Below, in pieces: positions 54,090 to 64,000 of a stretch of 64,000 nt of DNA (the first letter of the stretch is position 1; the number at the start of each line of letters is the position of its first letter). Below the pieces are notes generated by a model. That model was not told the origin of the DNA, made no database searches, and worked only from the letters and a program-made list of their open reading frames with translations. The translations under genes and the position numbers were made by a program. The stretch spans positions 52,142,001-52,206,000 of the forward strand of contig OX597821.1 in NCBI GenBank assembly GCA_951406725.2, written 5' to 3'. Origin of the DNA: Octopus vulgaris (Eukaryota).

Positions 54090-54315
54090 TTTTAATCTCC
54101 ATGCTTGTTACAATTATTTGCCGAGATGTCTAAGGATGTGGGCAGTACTTGTCAGCACAATCTTTTGGATTTCTCTGTGACATGGTTCTCTTGGGATCTT
54201 ATTTGGATGTTTTTGACATCCCATTTTTTTATCATACCTAGGACACCTACAACAACAGGAACAGTTCTCGCTTTAAGATGCCACATCTTTTGTATTTCAA
54301 TTTCCAGGGTCTTAT
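54090..54315 (-). mobile_element. 3' fragment of a second, diverged Dong/R4-like family
   Basis: Minus strand reads KTLEIEIQKMWHLKARTVPVVVGVLGMIK then, after a frameshift, EIQKIVLTSTAHILR. This aligns with the C-terminus of the 682-aa ORF. TAA-type repeats on both sides. Confidence 0.85.
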
Positions 54316-54369
54316 ATTATTATTATTATTATTATTATTATTATCGTTACTATTTGAAATATAAAAGGA

Positions 54370-54605
54370 GAAAGGGGCTCTCTATCCCCCCACTTTAGAC
54401 CAGGATCCCGTGGCTTTTATGGGTTTTTCCACGAGTAACCTTTCGAAGCGCCTCCCCCTATTGGGAGTTTTAATTGTTACTTATATTTCGTTGTTACCCT
54501 GCTTTTGTACACGGACTTTTTTCAAACGGACAAAACCCTTTGTAACTTTCGTCCTGTGTTTTGTCCCTTTTTGTTTTAATTGATATTTGTTAGCCCTTGT
54601 GGTGA
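54370..54605 (+). mobile_element. Probable LINE 3'UTR fragment, with a related minus-strand copy at 55595-55728
   Basis: ctattgggagttttaattg here is the reverse complement of caattaaaactcccaatag at about 55696-55714. Ends tagcccttgtgg. Confidence 0.5.
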
Positions 54606-55554
54606 ACATCGAGCATATCTGTGGTAAAAGACATTCTGGCTACAACTATATTGATTAATTTGGGATATGATGTATCTAGGACCAACTTATCTCATGAACA
54701 TTTTAAAAAGAGAGTAAGATACGAATCGAGAGGGATTTGGCTGATATTACTCACAAGCAAAACAACATGTAAATTCTCTTATTGGCTTGATACCTTTCTG
54801 ACTCTAAACTTCTGTGTCAAAGCAAAAACCATTATTAATGTTATTCTACAAATGACTAATTGAAAAACAGTATAAAAATGAGGGAAAAATCTTTGGATTT
54901 GTAACAAAATTTCTGCTGCAGGATCTATAACTTTGCAGCTATCAAGTGTATCTGTTAAACATTATATTATGTTAAAAATGTAACTGAATAAACTCATGGG
55001 GAATTGGAAGAAATTCATAGACTTGAAACTTTTTCTAAAATCTAAGATCTATTTTTATAAGATGACAGGGAAAATCTCAAAACAATTTCATAAAAGGAAA
55101 GTATATATTAGAAGACAATAAATATACGTGAATTTTTAAGATTTGAAAACGTATGCATACATCCACCTATACAAAAACAGGCAAAACAACATTAATATGC
55201 ATTCACACATATTTTTGTGTATATTTCGTTTTAAATAGCCACTTCAAACAGTGTGCTGAAAATCTATGGCAGCTTTAATTTATCGAAAACATCTGTCATA
55301 CTTTGATCTTAAAGTGAACAAGAAGGAGAAGAAGAAAAACAAAAAGAACAATAATAATAATAATAATTTCAGGTTTTAGAACAAAGCCAGCAGTTTAGGT
55401 GGAGCGGGGACTAATTAAATCGGCCCTCGTATTTAACTGGTGCTAATGTATCGAGAATGAAAGGCGTGGTCAACGTAAAGACAGAGGGAATGCCGCTAAG
55501 CATTTTGTTCGGCATGCTAACAACTCTGCCAGCTCGTAAGCCTTAATAATAATG

Positions 55555-55586
<32 letters not shown>

Positions 55587-55777
55587 CATAATAATTTTTT
55601 ATTGGCCACAAAGGCTTACATACAAGCAACATGAAATGACAAAACAGGACGATATAAAGGGTTTTAAACGTGTAAATAAAATAAACAAAATTAAACAATT
55701 AAAACTCCCAATAGCGGGAGCCACTTTAAATTATTATTATTATTATTATTCAAATCAAAGTCTATATTGTAACAGAG

Positions 55778-56205
55778 AAGGCAGGGAGCTAGCAGAATCG
55801 TTAGCAGGTCGGAGAAGATATTTAGTGGTATTTCTTCCGAGCGAAAAAGGCGGCGAGCTGGCAGAAACGTTAGCGCGGCGGGCGAAATGCGTAGCCGTAT
55901 TTCGTCTGCCGTTACTTTCTGAGTTCAAATTCCGCCGAGTCAACTTTGCCTTCCATCCTTTCGGGGTCGATGTAATCGACTTAATCCGTTTGTCTGTCCT
56001 TGTTTGTCCCCTCTGTGTTTAGACCCTTGTGGGTAGTAAAGAAATAGGTATTTCTTCCGAGCTTTATGTTAAAAGATCTAATTTCGTCGAGGTCAATTTT
56101 GTCTTTCCTCCTTTCGGAGACAATAGAATAAGTACCGGTCAAGCATTGGGGTCTATGTAAACTCGCCCGAAGTTTCAGGCCTTTTACTAATTGTAGAAAG
56201 AATTA
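55778..56205 (+). mobile_element. Old SINE A interrupted by a young SINE A (55843-56046)
   Basis: 16-bp direct repeat ggtatttcttccgagc at 55827-55842 and 56047-56062. Confidence 0.88.
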
Positions 56206-56237
56206 TTCTTACACACACACAAATACACACATATATC

Positions 56238-56435
56238 TCTTACTTGTTTCAGTCATTGACTGTGGCCACATTCATATATATGCAATGGACTTCTTTCAGT
56301 TTCCGTCTACCAAATCCACTCACAAAGCTTTGGTCGGTGCGAGGCTATAGTAGTAGACACTTGCTCAAAGTGCCACGCAATAGCACTGAATCAGGAACCA
56401 TGTGGTTGTGAAGCAAGCTTCTTACCATAGAGCCA
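56238..56435 (-). mobile_element. SINE family B, internally deleted
   Basis: tttccgtctaccaaatccactcacaaagctttggtcgg...ggaaccatgtggttg. Confidence 0.8.
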
Positions 56436-56440
56436 CACAA

Positions 56441-56476
<36 letters not shown>

Positions 56477-56624
56477 GGATATGCATGTATATATGTATGT
56501 TAATAAGCTGGGGGTTCAACATGCCACACTCATACAGCTGAAATCAAGTTAATATATATACATATGTGTGTGTGTGTGTTTTATGTGTCTCTCTGTCTGC
56601 TCTCTCTATCTTTCTCTCTCTCTC

Positions 56625-56659
<35 letters not shown>

Positions 56660-56684
56660 CTATATATCTATCTATATATAATAT

Positions 56685-56695
56685 AAATTTGATGT

Positions 56696-56739
<44 letters not shown>

Positions 56740-56750
56740 ACATCAAATTT
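56685..56750. repeat. Perfect 66-bp palindrome centred on (TA)15
   Basis: aaatttgatgtcacgtga (ta)15 tcacgtgacatcaaattt. Confidence 0.97.
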
Positions 56751-57660
56751 CCCACGAAGCACTGTATAATTACATAGTGTTTCTTAAGCTAACAGAGAAA
56801 AGAAAAGAAAAAAAGAATTAAAAAACTCAATATAAAAATGTTAAAAAGTGAAAAAAACAAACAAACAAAAAACCCCAGAAAATCTTGAAACAAAATGCAT
56901 TGCAGTAAAACACGTGGAGCGTGAAAAATGGTGAAGAATGCAAAAGAATAGGAAAAAGATGGAAGCAACAGGAAAATAAATTCAACTCTAACACGAAGCT
57001 TTTGGTTCATGAAAACTGGAAGAAAACACATTGTTTTAACTAAATAACAATAGCTGCACACGAGGAATGACGTATATATTATGGAAGATATCATAAAAAG
57101 AAATATGATTGAATCTTATTTAGTAACATTGACACGTCTTTTGATAATGTTTATATAAGTCATGGTATGAAAAGGTATTATTGTCTATTTATCTATTTAT
57201 CTATGATATACATACACACAAAATTTTAAGCTACAGGTGTGTTCGAGCCAAATCTAATTTATTCAAGATTATTTTTGCATATTTTCTTATCAATTGTATG
57301 TTTAATTTGGAACAAAATCTACTAGTTTTCATAATTTAGTAAGAAACTTTTCATAAATAATATTTTCTCAGCAACGTATGATGTATAGATATCGCTTTCA
57401 AGACAAATTGGAAATAATGATTAAGAGTTAGCAGTTTGCATAAAGGTAAATTTTTACTGCGTATTCAAGAAAATAATTTGCTTAACCGCTCTCAGTTGAA
57501 CTTTAGCACAGATAAAATTTAACTTCTCTATTAACACAAAAATATGAGCAAAATATTTTGTTGGTGTTTCGAGGCACTTAATATTATAACAATTGACAAC
57601 AAACTGTGAGAATAATTATCTATCTATCTATCTTTCTATCTATCTATATATATATATATA

Positions 57661-58579
57661 CGAGAAAAACGCACCCCGTGCAATGGACGGTGCTGAGTTG
57701 TCAAACATTTAGACCAAATTTTCTCAAAACAACTTGTCCGACCGTCCTATAGGTCTCCCCTTTGAGAAACATTGATTTAACCTAAATTTGAGACACCAGC
57801 AAAAGAAGAAACAAAAATAGACTTTTTTCTATTCCAAAGAAAAACGATTTTATTCACAGAAATATGCAACCGAAGAGTTTAAAATACCAGTAATGATAAG
57901 GTTGTTGATTGGGAGAAAACAAACATGGTTTAAATAGTAAGCTTGGCAGAAAAGAAACGTGCCTTTAAGTAGTACAAAAACAACAAAAATGGAAGGTGCA
58001 GTTATGTACAGGTTGACGGAAGAAAAGCAGGACAAAAACGATGCATGCAAATGGGTTAGCTGGAGGTAAATCTAGATGGAAATGCATAATGAATTTATGA
58101 GAACGTACCTGGAACAATAATAAGTTTATCCGATAAAACATGTAGGAAATCAACTTAGGGCGATTTTTGATGAAAAGCAACAACCTAGGGAACTAAGTAA
58201 CTAATTTTAAGCTAACTTACTTTACGAGATGTTCAAGGGCATGGAACAGCTAGTGGTAACTAAATTGAGTTTGGCAAATTTGTTTGGCACTCAACAGAAG
58301 TTGAAAAAGAAAAAGAAAGGAAAATGACCGACTGTGTATGAAATATGCATGTTTAGTGTTAAGGGAGGCAACTCCTATTAGCGTCACATAGTGGCAACCA
58401 AAGAAAAACGATTTCCTACGGCTTTATCGATCGCATTCTCACATGGAATCGATTTTTGTATTTTTTTCAAGACTTATACCGTCGGTATCTACATGTCAAA
58501 TTTGAGCGCAATCGGATGCCCGAGATCCGAGAAGACAAACACACACCCACCCACACACGCACACAGACAGAACGGATTC

Positions 58580-58585
<6 letters not shown>
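57661..58585 (-). mobile_element. Probable non-autonomous Helitron-like element
   Basis: Minus-strand 3' end has the hairpin gcaccgtccattgcacggggtgc then CTCG|T. The other end (cagacagaacggattctatata) resembles the organisation of 9335-9368. Confidence 0.5.
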
Positions 58586-58644
<59 letters not shown>

Positions 58645-58647
<3 letters not shown>

Positions 58648-58836
58648 TTCTTTATTGCCCACAAGGGGCTAAACATAGAGGGGAGAAAGACAAACAAAGG
58701 GATTAAGTCGATTACATCGACCCCAGTGCGTAACTGGTACTTTATTTACCGACCCCGAAAGGATGAAAGGCAAAGTCGACCTCGGCGGAATTTGAACTCA
58801 GAACGTAATGGCAGACGAAATACGGCTATGCATTTC
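58645..58836 (-). mobile_element. SINE A young subfamily, 5'-truncated, in (TA)n
   Basis: Reverse complement has tagccgtatttc and the tail ttagccccttgtgggcaataaagaaata. Confidence 0.85.
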
Positions 58837-58859
58837 ATATATATATACTTAAAGCTACA

Positions 58860-58994
58860 AAAATCTTCAAAGACTGTTACTCAGAGTTTCACGTTACCAT
58901 TCGTCAGACGGCTGTGATCATACCAAATTTTAGTATGATCACAACTGTCCGACGAATGGTAACGTGAAACTGAGCAACAGTTTGTGAAGATTTT
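58860..58994. repeat. Inverted repeat (about 64-bp arms) with minimal hammerhead ribozyme-like motifs
   Basis: Arms 58860-58923 and 58933-58994. Consensus actgt-CTGACGA-atg gtaa cgt-GAAAC-tctga-GTA-acagt. Confidence 0.8.
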
Positions 58995-59077
58995 ATAAAA
59001 GATATTACTCTACCTTCGATATTTGAGCACTATTTTTTCACCTCGTTTTCTATTTACGTGATTACTCGCATGTGCAG

Positions 59078-59123
<46 letters not shown>

Positions 59124-60082
59124 ATGCTCTTTATCTATCTATGAAATTAATGTCGCACGAAGAAGCATTGAATAGAATAGATTCGTGTAAAGTCATGTTT
59201 GATATATTTGCTTCCTCATAGTGTCCATCAACCAAATTCACTCAGAAGACATTGATCTTCCGGGGTTATAACATAATAATTGGCCCTAGATGTCACGCAG
59301 TAGAACTGAAGCGGAAAACCACGTAGTTCTAAGGCGAGCTGCTAAACAATGTCTTCGCCTACATTTAGAAATTCTTTTTTGTTTTTTCTCCTAGTTTTAA
59401 TAATTGAGTTACATTAAGCAAACTGATAACTATTTAGAGAAATATCCGAATATCATTGCAAGAAAACAGTTTGCTGAGTTGAATTATTTAAAGACCAAAC
59501 GTAAATCTCTTTTGAAGTGACAGTTCCGCATTGAAATGATGACACCTCACACTAAACTGTCGGAGATCTCATGAATAGCGATCTTGAAAATGCTCTCGGA
59601 TATTAGACATATCAAACTGTTCTCCACAGTAGCGCTTGCAAATAATGAATAATTATATCAAGGAAACATTTTTACACTGAATGTTCATTAAACGTCAACA
59701 GCACCGCAACGAAAGCACTACAAAGCACTTACAACCTTTTTTTTGGTTTTAAGTTTCTGCAATTCGGCGAAGAAATTAATCCTTTATTTCACTGGATCAA
59801 ACTCCAACTCCCTGCTTTTTGAATTGAAACTGCTGCGTCAGATTTGTTTTACATAATTTTAGTTAATAAATTAGTAGGCTTGTTAGGGTGTCGGATGAAA
59901 TGGTTGTAACTATCTACACACTGAGTTCAAATCTCACCTTTCCGAGGACAGTCTAGACGTGTCAATCCAGGGATGCTTTGCTGTATTTGGTTCAGCTTTC
60001 TTCGTTCTAAGTTCTAAGTTTTGTAATGGCTTTCTTGGGTGCTACGCTTAACTCGTTACCTAGTTTAATACCCTTGGTTATA

Positions 60083-60169
<87 letters not shown>

Positions 60170-60174
60170 ATAAA

Positions 60175-60815
60175 TTTTTAAAATTTCGGCAAAGTTGACT
60201 TCTGCAGCACTTGAACCTAGAACGTAAAAAGTCGGACCAAATGCAGCAAAGTAGTTTTTCTGACTCTGTAAAGATTCTGTCAACTCTTCGCCCTTCTTGC
60301 GTATAATAATGGTTTCAAATTATAGTACAAGGCCAGCAATTCTAAGTGAGAGGATTGGTCGATTTTAGTTTATCGACCCCCAAGTGATGAAAAAAAAATT
60401 ATCTTCAACAGGATTTAAACTCAGAACTCAAAGTGCCGGATGACATTCTACTAGATATTATGTTCGGCATGCTAGCGATTCTGCCAGCTCACCCGTTTAC
60501 TATGTATAATTACAACACTTTCTACAATAGGCAAAATGCCTGAAGTTTTGTGGAGAAGGAGCTAGTCAATTGTATTAACCTCAATACTCATCCGATACTT
60601 ATTTCATTGATTTTGAAAAAGAAGAGCAGAGTCTTCAAGGCCAGCAGGTCCGATTACATCGACCCCAGTATCGGACTGTTACTAATTTCATCGACCTTGA
60701 AAGGATGAAAGGCAAAGTCGACCCCAGCGGAATGTGAACTCAGAACGTGAGGACGGATAAAATGCTGGTAAGCATTTTGCCCGGTATGCTAACGAGCCTG
60801 CCAGCTCGCCGCCTA
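60175..60815 (-). mobile_element. Cluster of decayed SINE A copies
   Basis: Reverse-strand matches at about 60175-60295, 60310-60497 and 60515-60815. Confidence 0.75.
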
Positions 60816-60919
60816 AATAATAACATAGTAGTAATACAAATAATTATCTATCATACATACACGTATCTATATGTATTATATATATATATATATACACATA
60901 CACACACGTATATATATAG

Positions 60920-60989
60920 TGGTACAACAATGCACCAATATTTACTGGAAATAGCAGTCGATAATATACGATGCTATAGTAAAGCTTCA

Positions 60990-61038
<49 letters not shown>

Positions 61039-61117
61039 TTTATATATTGGTACAACAATGCACCAATATTTACTGGAAATAGCAGTCGATTATTTACGAT
61101 GCTATAGTAAAGCTTCA

Positions 61118-61190
<73 letters not shown>
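60920..61190 (+). repeat. Tandem duplication of a 73-bp unique unit plus (TA)n
   Basis: 60920-60992 versus 61048-61120, two mismatches. Confidence 0.95.
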
Positions 61191-61194
<4 letters not shown>

Positions 61195-63278
61195 TATATA
61201 CACACTGGCAAAATGTTATCGGGCGGTGAGCATAAAAAATTTCGTCTTTTCTGTCGGAAGAACATTAAGTAAATGTACAACCCAGATATGGATAAACTAG
61301 GACCTAGATTTTGAACTTTCCAAATTACGTTTGTTAATGTAAATTTGATTAGTTCTTTAAAGACTTTTTCACTGTTCTCGGGCTGTTAACGGCTAGGCGT
61401 TTCAGACGAGTATATTCTAGTATTGATGTAGCTACATTTGAGATGAGAACAAAGGCAAGAGAGGTGAAAGTGAGAGACAATGAGGATATCACATTGATAG
61501 TAGATGCATAAAGTGAAGGCAAAAGTATATGTACATTCGAATGAAAAAATTACTCAACTTTTAAATAATGAACAAATGATTCAAGATAGGATGTTGAAAC
61601 TGAAACATCGTAGAAGAAGTGTTTGAACCATTTAGGAACACACAGAAGTGTGTATTCGTATTTCTTGTATTACATAATAATGCTATCATAAGTGTTGTTG
61701 CAATTCTGTGACTTAGTCACTAATATAATCCAGTGTTTCTGTAGCTATATGGATATTGAATTGTTTGATACTTTATAGTGCACATTACCATTAAAAATGA
61801 ACTGACAATAGTGTTACAATTTTTGTGAGTTTTTAATGGTTGAAATAAGACTTCCTCGTAGCAATATTCCATGATGTAGAAGCGGGGAATAGTTGTGAAG
61901 TTATTACGCATTTCAATAATTGTCTTTAGTCAAGTAAAAGATTATTAAAGTCTTAATATTTCAGTTAAAATTTCGAAAATACACTATTCCCATTAAGAAA
62001 TATATTATTTACATGTTATCAGTAAAACTTTTATCGTTATTCTTCGATCGATCATCAGCCATTGAAAGTTTCTAATGCAAAACCTTGAAATTAGAAAAAT
62101 GATGCATAATTCTTACAAAGCATATTATATTTCTATTATGATGCCAGCAAATAAATATATATGTAAGTTGGAAATTATTAAAGTTTCGTTGGAGATCTCA
62201 CAATGAGATGTATTGTTTTTCCAATATTGAGATAACAGCAAAGCTACAAACTCATTGGAATTCTGTAATTCTTTAGAGACACTGAATTTTACTGTGCTAT
62301 CGAAAAGAATGATTTTGCAAGATTTAACAATCATAGCTGTCACAAATAAAAAGGGTTTCGAATATACAAAAGAAACAAAACGTATCGATTTCTGCTTCTG
62401 ATTACTTTGGCTTTAGGAATTCATCTATCATTTGATCCCAGTGAGAGACTATAAGACTTTTATCAAGTAATATGTCACTAAAAGGAGATGCATAAATAAA
62501 AAAAAACAAACATGAAGCAGAAAAGTCACTGTCATTTTCAAAACAAATAAATAGAACCACCAAGCCTAACTTCAAATAGTTTTCTTCAGTTCAGCAGCAG
62601 ACCAAGATTTTTTTTTAGTGTAGAGTACAGTTGAATGAATCATGTTTGTAATTTTAGCAATCCCAAAAGGCATCACTGTTCCGACCTTCTATATCATACT
62701 CCCGAATGTGATGTCGGAGCAGTGCTGTTGTGCTTGATGTTGCTGTCTAGCCTCAAAACAGTCGTGATCTAACAAACTAATGATTAGCCGTCAACATAAC
62801 ATTTTGTTCAATCGTAGTATATACAGAACTACAATATCTATCGTGTTCTTTAATTTTATTTAAAAATGGGAGTGTGTGATTTCTGGGTGATTTACAGTTA
62901 TTTCTAGCAGGTTAAGTAGCTACATAGAGGCACCCTGGTTGGCACGAGATTGCATTAGTAATGTTTGTTTGTGTAGCTATACACTATTTAAGAAACCAGC
63001 TCCCTCTATCAACTGGAAGGCTATAGCTAATTTCATGTTCAGGCTAAGGAACGCCTTCAACTGATGATTGTAATCTTCAAGTGTTCAAATGATTAATATA
63101 TTCATTTAAAACATTTTTGCCCCGTTAAATGCCCACCCAAGGATTCATGTTTATTAATTAATTCACGCTGTCACATTTGCATATTTGTTACACATTCGCA
63201 CGCACACCCACACTGATAACTACATGTATTCAGAAACAGAAATAAATGAATTTATAAAACAGTAATTGCATGGAAAGT

Positions 63279-63472
63279 GGAGGCGCGTGGCTTAGTGGTT
63301 AGGGTGTCAGCATCATGATCGTAAGATTGTGGTTTCGATTCCTGGACCGGGTGACGCGTTGCTCCAGTCCACTCAGCTGTGATGGACTGGTGTCCCGTCC
63401 AGCTGGGGAACACATACGCCATTGAAACCGGGAAAGCCCATTAGCCTGGCTAGGCGTGGAAAGGGCGCATTT
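63279..63472 (+). mobile_element. tRNA-derived SINE with a head related to family C and a different body
   Basis: ggaggcgcgtggcttagtggttaggg...ggtttcgattcc, then gatggactggtgtcccgtccag. A related decayed head lies at about 42428-42545. Confidence 0.7.
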
Positions 63473-64000
63473 ATTATTGCATGGGAACACATTCACACAC
63501 AACAAATAAACGCAGAAATTCACATACAGATACATGCAAACACATGCATGAACGGTGGTTTCATGCATAAACAACATAACATATACATACATGTGATAAA
63601 GGCGTGTGCATATACATACACACAAACCTAAACACGCAAACAACCGTAGGTGAAATACCAGTATATATAAAATACTTGCCGCATGTTTACACAAACGCAC
63701 ATACACGATACAGAAGCAACCACACACAGATAAAACATACAAACACACACAGGGATGCATTCAGACATAGCGAAAGGTACACACACACACACATACACAC
63801 ACACACACATACACACACACACACACACACACAGACACACACATAAGGAGGTAGTTAAAATTTGGGGTAAATATTATTGGCGCTTTCATCTAGCTTGTTT
63901 CTGAGACGCATCAGATGTGAATACATTACACAAAATGTATGCCAATTTATTTAGATCTGGAAGAGAATGTTCCTTTATTTCTATATGCACGTGTTTATAT

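Overview
AT-rich eukaryotic non-coding DNA (intergenic or deep intronic). It is saturated with (TA)n, (TAA)n, (TATG)n, (CA)n and (TATC)n microsatellites and with transposable elements. The repeat make-up suggests a cephalopod such as Octopus, but this is inference only. I find no supportable host gene, and nearly all ORFs in the track are translations of microsatellites or SINEs. The only long intact ORF (27126-29174, minus) is a 5'-truncated R4/Dong-type non-LTR retrotransposon (RT + CCHC + restriction-like endonuclease) inserted in a (TAA)n array; three more Dong-type 3' ends lie in (TAA)n arrays at 52-54 kb. Also present: three decayed mariners, a Tc1 remnant, a Penelope-like GIY-YIG remnant, CR1-type tails, two probable non-autonomous Helitrons and at least three tRNA-derived SINE families. 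The most interesting observations are: (1) a SINE subfamily that appears to insert into older members of its own family at GGTATTTC while lacking that motif itself; (2) several inverted repeats whose arms carry hammerhead-ribozyme-like cores; (3) a nested TIR element > SINE > (TAA)n > Dong LINE structure; and (4) a perfect 66-bp palindrome centred on (TA)15. All analysis was by eye, so boundaries of degenerate repeats are approximate.
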